From positions 356,463-420,462 of the forward strand of contig CAVXCM010000011.1 of the NCBI GenBank assembly GCA_963760275.1: DNA of 64,000 nt, given 5' to 3'. The position numbers and the translations under genes are program-made. Positions 19,528 to 28,843 of the stretch are shown here, piece after piece. Under the pieces are notes generated by a model. The model did no database searches and had not been told where the DNA came from. It saw only the letters and a program-made list of their open reading frames with translations. How positions within the stretch are numbered: position 1 is the first letter of the stretch; each line of letters starts with the position of its first letter. This DNA comes from an uncultured Verrucomicrobiae bacterium. GTDB taxonomy: Bacteria > Verrucomicrobiota > Verrucomicrobiia > Limisphaerales > SIBH01.

Positions 19528-22116
19528 ATGAAAAATCTTCCATCGAAACCACTATCGATCTTCATCTGTCTCCTCGCGTTGACAGTGCTTTTTCAAAAGA
19601 ACGCACATTCTGCACCTGCTCCGGTCAGCATCTGGCATGGCGAGAGCAACGCAATGGATTCGGCAGGGAACAATCACGGCACTCTGATGGGGGGAGTTGG
19701 TTTCACGCAAGGAGCGGTCGGTCAAGGTTTCCTCTTGGACGGGGCAAATGATTTCATCCGCATTCCTGACAGCATTTCCCTTCATCTGACCAATGAGTTG
19801 ACGGTCGAGATGTGGTTCAAGCGCGCCGATGCTGCCAGCTACGGCGCCCTGATTGACAAGCGCAATTGGACAACCTGCAATTTTGGAATAATCATGTCAG
19901 GGCTCTGGGGGTTTCAACTCTACTACAATGACCCCAGCAATGGCGGGCAGTTTGAGATCTCGTTTTCATCACTGCCTTCCCCCGGCGTTTTCCACCATGT
20001 CGCCGGCACCTACCGGCAGATTGATAGCAGCCACGTAGAACTTAAAACTTACCTGGATGGGCAGTTGGTCCGTACCGATACCTTGCCAGGTAATCTGGCT
20101 AACACTTTCAATGGTGATGCCCTGTCGTTGGGGGTGGACCGCGATGGCCACGGCGGCTCCTTCTTTCGCGGTGTCATTGATGAAGTTGCCATTTATAACT
20201 ACGCCCTCAGCCCTTCGCAGATCCTTTCCAATTACAGCTCTGTCACCGTGTTGCCTCCCCCGCCCACGCCCCCTGCGGCTACAAACAGCGTCGGAAGCCT
20301 GGTTGCAGTCTGGCATGGCGAGAGCAACGCAATGGATTCGGCAGGGAACAATCACGGCACTCTGATGGGGGGAGTTGGTTTCACGCAAGGAGCGGTCGGT
20401 CAAGGTTTCCTCTTGGACGGGGCAAATGATTTCATCCGCATTCCTGACAGCATTTCCCTTCATCTGACCAATGAGTTGACGGTCGAGATGTGGTTCAAGC
20501 GCGCCGATGCTGCCAGCTACGGCGCCCTGATTGACAAGCGCAATTGGACAACCTGCAATTTTGGAATAATCATGTCAGGGCTCTGGGGGTTTCAACTCTA
20601 CTACAATGACCCCAGCAATGGCGGGCAGTTTGAGATCTCGTTTTCATCACTGCCTTCCCCCGGCGTTTTCCACCATGTCGCCGGCACCTACCGGCAGATT
20701 GATAGCAGCCACGTAGAACTTAAAACTTACCTGGATGGGCAGTTGGTCCGTACCGATACCTTGCCAGGTAATCTGGCTAACACTTTCAATGGTGATGCCC
20801 TGTCGTTGGGGGTGGACCGCGATGGCCACGGCGGCTCCTTCTTTCGCGGTGTCATTGATGAAGTTGCCATTTATAACTACGCCCTCAGCCCTTCGCAGAT
20901 CCTTTCCAATTACAGCTCTGTCACCATAAGTGCGCCGCAAATTGTAATGCAGCCGGCCAGCCTCGCCATTGCGCAGGGTCAAACAGCGACATTTTCCGTG
21001 AGCGCGGTGGGTGCAGCTCTCCTGTCGTATCAGTGGCGCTTTGGCTCGGTCGATCTCGTCGGCCAGACAAATCAGGAGTTGATCATTGCAACGGCTCAAT
21101 CCGCCGACGCCGGCCATTACGATGTGGTGATTGTGAATGCTTCTGGCAGCGTAACCAGCGCGGTCGCGGCCCTGACCGTAAGCGGGGCGGGACTTCCACC
21201 GTCCTTCACCTCGGCCCCGGCGGCGGTCACGTCCATTTCCGCGGGATCTACCTTGGCGCTTCACGCTGTCGTCGCCGGCACGCCCCCATTTGCCTACCAA
21301 TGGTTTTATGAAGGCATCGCACTTCCTGAAGCGACTGCGGGCACGCTCACTTTGAGCAATGCACAGCCGCAGAATGGGGGAGTTTACCGGCTCGTGGTTA
21401 CGAATACCTTCGGCGTCATTGTCAGCCCGGGATCGGTGGTCAACGTCCCCGAGACTGGTTCGGGTGGAACGATCCATTTCGCCAATTCGGCGAGCAACCG
21501 GGTATTCGATGTTGATCGTCTTACTGGCGTACCCGCCGGTGCTGGTTTTGTCGCCACGCTCCATGCCGGCTCTGCCTCCAACGCGCTGACCGCCGTGGCT
21601 GGGGGGCCCGCGGCGTTTATCACCCCGGGCCGTTTCCTGGGCGGGATCCGCACCTTGCCATCAGTGCCTCCAGGCCAGATGGCGTTTGTTCAGGTCCGAG
21701 TCTGGGATTCCGCCGTGGCGGCCACCTACGACGAGGCCCTGGCGCTCGGGGCAAGGCGAGGAGAGTCGCCGGTTTTCAACGTGATGCTGGGTGGCGGAGT
21801 GATTCCGCCGGCAAGTATTTACACCATGCCGAGCTTTGCCTTGAACGCGGGTACCGGCGTTCAAAGCCGTCGCGGCGTCCAACTGACGAGTACCGCCCCG
21901 ACGCGGATCGAGGGCTTTTCACGCTCCGCGGCCGGCGTGAGTTTTGTGGTGAGTGGCCCACCCGGCGCTGCGTTCGCTATCGAGGTTTCCTCAGACCTTT
22001 CAAACTGGACGCTGCTGGAACATGTGGTCAACAACACGGGGGCTTTAAAGTTCAATGATGCGGCTGCCGTATCACAGGCAACCCGCTTCTACCGCGCCCG
22101 ATTGGTTGGCCCATGA
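19528..22116 (+). CDS. Secreted multidomain protein: 2x LamG, 2x Ig-like, an unknown domain and a C-terminal SSDL..W...FYR domain
   Basis: Signal peptide; LamG motifs (TVEMWFK, FHHVAGTY, YLDG, F.G.IDEVAIYN.ALS) twice; Ig motifs (QP.S....G..ATFSV, YQW, D.G.Y.V.I.N). Confidence 0.9.
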   Translation: MKNLPSKPLSIFICLLALTVLFQKNAHSAPAPVSIWHGESNAMDSAGNNHGTLMGGVGFTQGAVGQGFLLDGANDFIRIPDSISLHLTNELTVEMWFKRADAASYGALIDKRNWTTCNFGIIMSGLWGFQLYYNDPSNGGQFEISFSSLPSPGVFHHVAGTYRQIDSSHVELKTYLDGQLVRTDTLPGNLANTFNGDALSLGVDRDGHGGSFFRGVIDEVAIYNYALSPSQILSNYSSVTVLPPPPTPPAATNSVGSLVAVWHGESNAMDSAGNNHGTLMGGVGFTQGAVGQGFLLDGANDFIRIPDSISLHLTNELTVEMWFKRADAASYGALIDKRNWTTCNFGIIMSGLWGFQLYYNDPSNGGQFEISFSSLPSPGVFHHVAGTYRQIDSSHVELKTYLDGQLVRTDTLPGNLANTFNGDALSLGVDRDGHGGSFFRGVIDEVAIYNYALSPSQILSNYSSVTISAPQIVMQPASLAIAQGQTATFSVSAVGAALLSYQWRFGSVDLVGQTNQELIIATAQSADAGHYDVVIVNASGSVTSAVAALTVSGAGLPPSFTSAPAAVTSISAGSTLALHAVVAGTPPFAYQWFYEGIALPEATAGTLTLSNAQPQNGGVYRLVVTNTFGVIVSPGSVVNVPETGSGGTIHFANSASNRVFDVDRLTGVPAGAGFVATLHAGSASNALTAVAGGPAAFITPGRFLGGIRTLPSVPPGQMAFVQVRVWDSAVAATYDEALALGARRGESPVFNVMLGGGVIPPASIYTMPSFALNAGTGVQSRRGVQLTSTAPTRIEGFSRSAAGVSFVVSGPPGAAFAIEVSSDLSNWTLLEHVVNNTGALKFNDAAAVSQATRFYRARLVGP
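19631..20925 (+). repeat. Direct repeat of 2 x 617 nt (19631-20247 and 20309-20925), period 678 nt
   Basis: The two LamG-coding segments read identically by eye, and their alternative-frame ORF translations are also identical. Confidence 0.92.
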
Positions 22117-22314
22117 TTCGAATACACTCCACCTTTCTTTAAACGCGCGGCCTGCTCGGGTCCGCCGCCAGCTCGAGGTTTCCCTTGCTCGGCGCCTTTG
22201 CTCCATCGAACAATGTAGGGATTGAGTTGCTTACAAACGATAGCGTCGGGGCCACGCCCTCCCTCCGGGACGGCGAGGGCTCCCTGAAAGAGTCGAGAAG
22301 CAGTCTTCCTACAC

Positions 22315-23187
22315 ATGGATAGCGTCAAACAGTCTAATGAGAAGGCTTGGGTCGCTCATACCGCACTGCGGGATAGGATCTACGGCTCAACGCTGCTTCG
22401 TTCATTGAATGATGTCCGGATGAAAATTTCGGCGAGCTGCAAGCGCGACCGTTTTATCATCAGGCACCTGCGGCAACACGCGCAGTCTTTGGGTCGCTCA
22501 CTTCAAATTCTCGATGTCGGATGCGGCGGCGGACGTTTATATCTGAAAAATTTCGGCGAAGTGCGCGGCGTTGAGCCCGATGAAACACTCCGGCAGGCCG
22601 CAAGCCGTCAATACATCGAGGTGAAACCCGGGTTGGCCAACGACATCCCCTACCCAACAAACACGTTCGACGTGGTCACTCTTATTGATGTTTTTGGCCA
22701 CATTGAAGCGCAGGGGAAGGATGCTTCCATTGCGGAGATGTTTCGCGTGCTTCGACCGGGCGGCATTTTCATCGGATTTATCGAGTGCAATGCAGATAAT
22801 TTCTGGTATCGCACGGCTAAGCGCCGTCCTGATCTGTTTCAGCGCGACTTTGTGGACCGGCTTGGTCACTTCGGCTTGGAACGCGCGACGGAGGCCAATG
22901 CGCGGTTTGCGCGAGCTGGCGCCGAACCCGTAAAGGTGCTTCCGATTGATGGTTTTTTTCCTGCCGTTGGTTACTTGAACTGCATTTTTGAGAAAGAATA
23001 TCGCGAAGAGTTCAAGTGGCTGAAACCGCTTGTTTCCGTCAGCAAGGTCTTGGGGGCGACCATGGTGACCGGTGAGATGTTCAATTGCCTCTTATCTCCT
23101 GTCTCCAGTCTCATGGACCGGATATCGCCACCGGATCATTGCACGGCGCTGATGGCGTGCTATCGGAAACCTGCTGCGGGGAAATAA
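22315..23187 (+). CDS. Class I SAM-dependent methyltransferase
   Basis: ILDVGCGGG, GVEPD, IPY...FDVV..IDV..H and RVLRPGG motifs. Confidence 0.87.
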   Translation: MDSVKQSNEKAWVAHTALRDRIYGSTLLRSLNDVRMKISASCKRDRFIIRHLRQHAQSLGRSLQILDVGCGGGRLYLKNFGEVRGVEPDETLRQAASRQYIEVKPGLANDIPYPTNTFDVVTLIDVFGHIEAQGKDASIAEMFRVLRPGGIFIGFIECNADNFWYRTAKRRPDLFQRDFVDRLGHFGLERATEANARFARAGAEPVKVLPIDGFFPAVGYLNCIFEKEYREEFKWLKPLVSVSKVLGATMVTGEMFNCLLSPVSSLMDRISPPDHCTALMACYRKPAAGK

Positions 23188-23214
23188 ACGTGTCTTGGAT
23201 TGCCGGCAGCCCGA

Positions 23215-24264
23215 TCAGCGCAGCAACTCCCACTGCCAAGCCATCAATTCTCCGTCCAGAGGACCTTCGTCGCGGGCGATCTGCACCAGCGCAGCGCGAC
23301 TGGCAATAATCGTGGGGTCAATCCCCAACTCATGAGCCCGCCGATTCCTTTTTTTCTCCAGCTCATGATAGCGGCGCTTCTCTTCCGCGCTCTGGCGATA
23401 GTGGGCGGTGCGAACCAACTGCGGTTTTCCAGGACTGTGCAAGCCGCGCTGAACGGCCTTCAATAACGCAGCCTGCCGACGTGGCGAAAATCGCTTCGGA
23501 ATGAGGAAATCGATAGACTTGCCCTCAACCGCCGCGATGGAGATCGCGATCATGATTTCGGGTTGAAGGATAAAATAAGGGGGCTTGTTGGAGGCAACGG
23601 CTTCCTTTTCGCGCCAATGCCAGACATCTCGAAGAACGGCCAGTGAGTCCGGTGCGAGATGGTAGCTTCCCTTGATGCGCCAAATCTGATCTGGGTCGGG
23701 AGTTCGCAGCACAGAGCATTCTTCGATAAGCCGCTGGCAAGCTTCCTCGTGCCATTTCAAACGGCCCTCCTTACGGAGCTGCTCCCGCAGAATATCAGCG
23801 ATGGGCTTGAGGAACCGCGTATCATTGCGGGCATATTCCTCCATGCGAGGCGTCAACGGCCGTCGCGACCAGTCAGCCTTCTGAGGCCCCTTCTCCAGCT
23901 TCACGTTCAGGAACTTCTGCACAAGGTTCCCTAAACCAAATTCACGACAACCCAACAATCGCGCGGCCAGCATCGTGTCGAAAATGGCCGTGGGTCGAAA
24001 CCCAAACGTTTTCCGCAGGAGACGCAGATCGTAATCGGACCCGTGCAGGATGAGCTCGTGATCATGAAAGATCTTCAGCAAGGGCTCGAGGCTGATTGAG
24101 GCCAAAGGATCGACAAGCGCTTCGACTCCTTCACTGGAAATCTGGATCAGGCAAAGCTTCTCCGGGTAGGCGTGCAAACTGTCCGCCTCGGTATCGAGCG
24201 CAATCCAAGGTGCCGCTCGCAAGGCAGGCAGCAAGGCCGACAATTTCTCTTCCGTATCGATCAC
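23215..24264 (-). CDS. rnd: Ribonuclease D (DEDD 3'-5' exonuclease plus HRDC domain)
   Basis: ALDTEAD, LCLIQ, H..DYD, FDT..AA.LLG, DWS.RPL...YA.ND and WRE..A...N.PP motifs; GTG start inferred. Confidence 0.88.
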   Translation of the reverse strand: MIDTEEKLSALLPALRAAPWIALDTEADSLHAYPEKLCLIQISSEGVEALVDPLASISLEPLLKIFHDHELILHGSDYDLRLLRKTFGFRPTAIFDTMLAARLLGCREFGLGNLVQKFLNVKLEKGPQKADWSRRPLTPRMEEYARNDTRFLKPIADILREQLRKEGRLKWHEEACQRLIEECSVLRTPDPDQIWRIKGSYHLAPDSLAVLRDVWHWREKEAVASNKPPYFILQPEIMIAISIAAVEGKSIDFLIPKRFSPRRQAALLKAVQRGLHSPGKPQLVRTAHYRQSAEEKRRYHELEKKRNRRAHELGIDPTIIASRAALVQIARDEGPLDGELMAWQWELLR

Positions 24265-24391
24265 GCGCACGAATATGTCGGTGCTGCGGAAAAATTTCCA
24301 TCTTTCACGATGAACGATTCGAAACTGCGTCGCCCCCGCTGGGGCTTGACGCAGAAAAGGTTGGGGCATTTGATCCGGGTGAAACCAAAAC

Positions 24392-25882
24392 ATGAATCTA
24401 TCAACTGCCTTTCATGATTCCGCCCAGCGGCATCTGAGCAAAACAGCGGTATTTTGGGGCGCGGACGAGATCAATTACGAGAATTTATTGATGCGTTCCC
24501 AGTTAGTCTCCTCCTGCCTTCGGAAGGAGGCCGGTTTCCGAGAGGGAGACAGGGTCGCGCTTTGGATGAAGAATTGCCCTGAATTCATCCCGGCATTGTT
24601 CGGTATCTTATTCGCCGGGGGCGTAGTCGTGCCGGTGAATAATTTCCTCAAACCGGATGAGGTCGCTTTCATCCTTCGAGACGCCGAAATCACGACAGTC
24701 ATTATTGATGAGAGCCTCAGTGAGGCGGCAGAAAAGTTGGGACAATCCATGCCAGGAGTGCGGTTGCTACGTGTGGATCAATGCCTGAAGGACACGGCTG
24801 GCCCCCTGGAGGCAGCTCTTGGAAATCATCGATCAAAAGATGACTTGGCGGTGCTTATCTACACTTCCGGGACTACGGGACACCCAAAGGGAGCCATGCT
24901 TTCGCACGGGAATTTACTCGCCAACGTGGAAAGCTGCCGAAAAGTGCTGGCTGCGTTCGAAGGCGACCGGTTCGTGGTCTTGTTGCCGATGTTCCACAGT
25001 TTCATGCTCACTGTGGGTGTATTGCTTCCTTTGTTGGTGGGCGGTTCGCTGTTGTTAATTAAATCTGTGCACCCCCCGAAAAACGTCGTTGCGGAGATCA
25101 TGGAGCGGCGGGCGACAATCCTGCCGGCCGTTCCGCAGTTTTTCAGAGCGATTTGCCACGCGGGGGCACCTGCCGACTTCCCCGTTCGACTTTGTATCAG
25201 TGGCGGTGCCCCTTTGCCGGCCGAGATACTGAGGGAATTCACCGAGCGGATGCCCGTACCGCTTTTGGAGGGTTACGGCCTGAGCGAGGCCAGCCCTGTG
25301 GTGACGATCAATCCGATCCAAGGACCTTGGAAAGCAGGATCGATCGGGGTCCCGATCCCGGATGTCGAAGTAAGCGTTCAGGATGATGACGGAAGGTTTC
25401 TTGAAGTGGGCGCTACCGGGGAGATTTGCGTTCGCGGGGAAAACGTCATGCAAGGCTACTGGAGGCAACCTGACGAGACCGCCAAAGCAATTCGCAATGG
25501 CTGGCTTCTCACCGGCGACGTGGGGCACCGGGACACCGAAGGGTATTTTTACATTACGGACCGGAAGAAAGACATGCTGCTCGTTAACGGCATCAATGTT
25601 TATCCGCGTGAAATCGAGGAGGTACTTTACAAATTCCCCGGCGTCAGGGAAGCGGCGGTCGTAGGGATGCCTGACGCACGGCGCGGAGAACATCCGGTTG
25701 CCTTCGTCTCTGCCATGGAGGGCGCCACCCTCAATCCAGCGGATCTGCAAGAATTCCTGCGCGAACGCCTCGCCGACTACAAAGTTCCCAAACACCTGAC
25801 CGTCCTGCCCTCCCTCCCCAGAAACGCCACAGGCAAAATCCTCAAAACGGTGCTTCGCAAAAGCGTGTCCGGCACTGGCTAG
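24392..25882 (+). CDS. Long-chain-fatty-acid--CoA ligase (AMP-binding)
   Basis: YTSGTTGHPKG, EGYGLSE, TGD, DRKKD, NVYP.EIE and LPRNATGKI motifs. Confidence 0.92.
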   Translation: MNLSTAFHDSAQRHLSKTAVFWGADEINYENLLMRSQLVSSCLRKEAGFREGDRVALWMKNCPEFIPALFGILFAGGVVVPVNNFLKPDEVAFILRDAEITTVIIDESLSEAAEKLGQSMPGVRLLRVDQCLKDTAGPLEAALGNHRSKDDLAVLIYTSGTTGHPKGAMLSHGNLLANVESCRKVLAAFEGDRFVVLLPMFHSFMLTVGVLLPLLVGGSLLLIKSVHPPKNVVAEIMERRATILPAVPQFFRAICHAGAPADFPVRLCISGGAPLPAEILREFTERMPVPLLEGYGLSEASPVVTINPIQGPWKAGSIGVPIPDVEVSVQDDDGRFLEVGATGEICVRGENVMQGYWRQPDETAKAIRNGWLLTGDVGHRDTEGYFYITDRKKDMLLVNGINVYPREIEEVLYKFPGVREAAVVGMPDARRGEHPVAFVSAMEGATLNPADLQEFLRERLADYKVPKHLTVLPSLPRNATGKILKTVLRKSVSGTG

Positions 25883-26166
25883 CCCTGACCGTCAACTGTC
25901 TCGGTTAATTACACTCGGACGAACGCGAAGTTCAGAAGTCGCGTTTCAGGCTGATTCTATTGGAGAAAATTGCGGTGTCTCGGATCGCACGGACTGTGTC
26001 TCATTTTGAATCACCGTAAAAAATTTTGGTCGCGCCACTCTTTTTTTGAGCATTCACCCCTTTCACACAGTCTGTCGCACGTTACTATACGCACACTCAG
26101 GGAAAGTCCTGAGCGACGGTTCCGGGGGATGGAGGGGCGGACCGCCAATTAAACATTTAATGCCCA

Positions 26167-27138
26167 ATGATTAATAACCCGATTTTGCCGCCGCACACCG
26201 CAGACCCGTGGATGATTTTCCACGAAGGGTTCTACTACTATTGCCAGAGCGCCAATGGCGACACTGGCATCCGCCTGCGCCGGTCCACCTCCATCGCTGG
26301 CATCGCCCATGACGAGGGCGTCGTCGTATGGAAAGCCCCAACCAAGGGCCTCAATTCGCGGGAAATCTGGGCGCCGGAACTCCATTTCATCGACGGCAAA
26401 TGGTTCATCTATTATGCAGCAGATGATGGGGACAATGTGAATCACCGCATGTGGGTCTTGGAATCCGCGACGTCCGATCCGCTGAGTGCCTACTCGTGCC
26501 GGGGCTGTTTGCAGACCGGTGGTTGGGCTATCGACGGGACGCCCTTGATTCTGGCCGATGGGCGCAAGTTTTTCGTGTGGTCGGGATGGCGAGGCAAAAA
26601 AAACGGCGAGCAGAATCTCTACATCGCTCCCATGAGCAATCCCTACACGTTGAGCGGCCCCCGTGTGCTCATCTGCGCACCAGACCAATCCTGGGAGCGT
26701 ATCGCGATGCCCATTTGTGAAGGGCCTCAGGTACTTCAAAACAACGGGAAGACGTTTATCGTTTACTCCGCCAGTGGCAGTTGGACCGAGGATTATTGCC
26801 TTGGCTTGCTGACGAATGAAGACGGAGATGTTTTGAACCCGGCATCTTGGAGCAAGCGTCCGAACCCCGTTTTCAAAAAGACTGAACACGTTTGGGGCTT
26901 GGGCCATTGCTCGTTCGTCAAGTCACCCTGCCGCAAACAGGATTTCATTATTTACCACGCGAAATCCTCCAGAAAGGAAGGTTGGGGCGACCGCGACGTG
27001 CACGCGAAGGAATTCATTTGGACGCCCGAAGGTTTGCCGGACTTCGGCACGCCCGTTGCCCGCGCCCGCACTTTGCCTTTCGACCCCGATTGGGCTCCCG
27101 CAGCCAATGCCGGCGTCGGGGCTGCAATTGCTGCGTAA
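26167..27138 (+). CDS. Glycoside hydrolase family 43 (arabinofuranosidase-like), no signal peptide
   Basis: ADPW, WAPELH, WAID, EGPQ, YSASG, GH.SF and IYHA motifs. Confidence 0.9.
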   Translation: MINNPILPPHTADPWMIFHEGFYYYCQSANGDTGIRLRRSTSIAGIAHDEGVVVWKAPTKGLNSREIWAPELHFIDGKWFIYYAADDGDNVNHRMWVLESATSDPLSAYSCRGCLQTGGWAIDGTPLILADGRKFFVWSGWRGKKNGEQNLYIAPMSNPYTLSGPRVLICAPDQSWERIAMPICEGPQVLQNNGKTFIVYSASGSWTEDYCLGLLTNEDGDVLNPASWSKRPNPVFKKTEHVWGLGHCSFVKSPCRKQDFIIYHAKSSRKEGWGDRDVHAKEFIWTPEGLPDFGTPVARARTLPFDPDWAPAANAGVGAAIAA

Positions 27139-27209
27139 AACATCCACCCCATTCCCGTAATCCTTTGGCTTTCAAAAAAACCTCTATCGCGCTACCGCGA
27201 ACAGGCTCG

Positions 27210-28103
27210 ATGACGTCACCCGCCCTTTTGGGGCCCATTGGGATTAAGCGCCTCTTCGCAATGTGGATCGCCCTCGTGACTTTGTTGAGCACGACGGGCT
27301 TCAGTTTCGGTGACGGCTTGCCCGGGAAGCTCAAGGTGATTACAGAACGGGATGAGACCGGCACACGCTTCTTGGTCAAGAATTTCGAGCTTGTCGACAT
27401 GACCGCTACTCTCGAAGTCGGTGCCGTCAACATGAAGAGCAGTGTGCCGCTTCCCTGCACGCTGACCGTGCCGGCGGGAAAGACTGTTTTCGCCCTGAAG
27501 CTCACGCCGCTTAAAGGTGAGGAAAGCGATTGGTCGTTCAGCTACACCAATCATTACACCGTTGGGAGGCACGATGCAGTTCACGATGATTCGGAACTTT
27601 ATTTCCTACCGTATGCCGCCGGGGCGAGTTTTAAGGTGACGCAAGGCTATCACGGAACGTTTAGCCACACGGGGCCGGATGAGTATGCCATCGACTGGAA
27701 AATGCCCGAGGGCACGGCCGTTATGGCTGCACGAGGTGGCGTGGTTGTTTCTGTAAAGGACGGCTTTGAAAAAGGCGGCCCTCACCGGAAATTCGAGGAC
27801 TGCGCCAATGTGATCGTGGTCCAGCATGAAGATGGGACCATGGCTCACTACTGCCATCTGGCGCCGCGCAGCGCGAAGGTTAGCGCCGGAGAAAAGGTTC
27901 GCGCCGGAGATCGACTTGCTGCTTCGGGCAACACCGGTTTCACCAGCGGACCTCATTTGCACTTCGCTGTCTTCAAGGCCCGTAATGGTTTTGGCCGCCA
28001 AACCATCCCCGTCAAGTTCCGCACGGCAGAAAAGTCGAGTGTCACGCTCGTCTCCGGTCAGAGTTACCGCGCTACGGATCCCGCAGCGATGGCGCGGTAT
28101 TAA
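27210..28103 (+). CDS. M23 family metallopeptidase
   Basis: AIDWKMPEGTAVMAARGG, H.DG....Y.HL and SGNTG.T.GPHLHF motifs; start uncertain (27210 or 27261). Confidence 0.88.
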   Translation: MTSPALLGPIGIKRLFAMWIALVTLLSTTGFSFGDGLPGKLKVITERDETGTRFLVKNFELVDMTATLEVGAVNMKSSVPLPCTLTVPAGKTVFALKLTPLKGEESDWSFSYTNHYTVGRHDAVHDDSELYFLPYAAGASFKVTQGYHGTFSHTGPDEYAIDWKMPEGTAVMAARGGVVVSVKDGFEKGGPHRKFEDCANVIVVQHEDGTMAHYCHLAPRSAKVSAGEKVRAGDRLAASGNTGFTSGPHLHFAVFKARNGFGRQTIPVKFRTAEKSSVTLVSGQSYRATDPAAMARY

Positions 28104-28176
28104 TTCAGGTATCCGTCAGCACTGCCCCGGCGCATTTTACTTTTTCACTGATACGTCCTCCTCCAAGCTCCGCCCG

Positions 28177-28434
28177 ATGAAACCGGCGCTTCGCATGTTT
28201 TTATTGGTTCCGGCTCTTGCTGGGTTGCTTTTCTTCCTGTCGTTCAACGTGGAGAATCTCGGTCCCAAGCAAACAGTCACCGTCGGGTTCAATCTGTCTC
28301 CTTGGCTTACTTGGTCACGGATTAAGGGGATGGGAGACTTCGGAAAGAAGGTGGAGGTAAATTTTCTCTCCTGGTCGTCTGTTGGATTGGCCGCGGGGGT
28401 CGTGCTCCTTTTTCTGCGCTCACGGATCAAATAG
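28177..28434 (+). CDS. Small hypothetical membrane protein (2 TM)
   Basis: 85-aa ORF from ATG 28177 with N- and C-terminal hydrophobic helices filling the gap. Confidence 0.55.
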   Translation: MKPALRMFLLVPALAGLLFFLSFNVENLGPKQTVTVGFNLSPWLTWSRIKGMGDFGKKVEVNFLSWSSVGLAAGVVLLFLRSRIK

Positions 28435-28437
28435 CAT

Positions 28438-28734
28438 TCACAGCTCGTCGGACGATTTGCGATCACGCTCCGCTTCGTTCCCAGCTTCCTCCAATGTCCG
28501 CTCCATCAGCTTTTCCTGATCCTTTTGCGCGGCTCTCCGAGTGGCTCGCAAGTCGAGAAGCGCAGTCACAATAGCTGCCATGGTGCAAAGAAAACACAGG
28601 CCCCAGTAAATGAGGAATGCGACACCCGCGAGTCGGTCACGGAGCACGGTTTGCCCCCAGACCAAAAGTCCAAAAGCGGCCGCTAAAAATAAAAGACCGA
28701 ACCAACGGCGCAGTGCGTCGGCTGATTTGGGCAT
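28438..28734 (-). CDS. Small hypothetical membrane protein (2 TM plus charged tail)
   Basis: Two clear TM helices followed by a coiled, charged C-terminus. Confidence 0.65.
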   Translation of the reverse strand: MPKSADALRRWFGLLFLAAAFGLLVWGQTVLRDRLAGVAFLIYWGLCFLCTMAAIVTALLDLRATRRAAQKDQEKLMERTLEEAGNEAERDRKSSDEL

Positions 28735-28843
28735 GCCCCGAGCATACAAAGTTCCCATTTCAAATCCCAAGTCCGAAGTGACCAATTGTTCCAAAGCGGG
28801 GGCTCGGAGCGCGAGCGTTCGCATACCCGGATACCGACCGAGA

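Noticed and set aside
19631-20925. Diversity-generating retroelement template/variable repeat pair
   Set aside because: I saw no adenine-specific mismatches between the copies, both are in frame within one gene, and there is no reverse transcriptase in the window.
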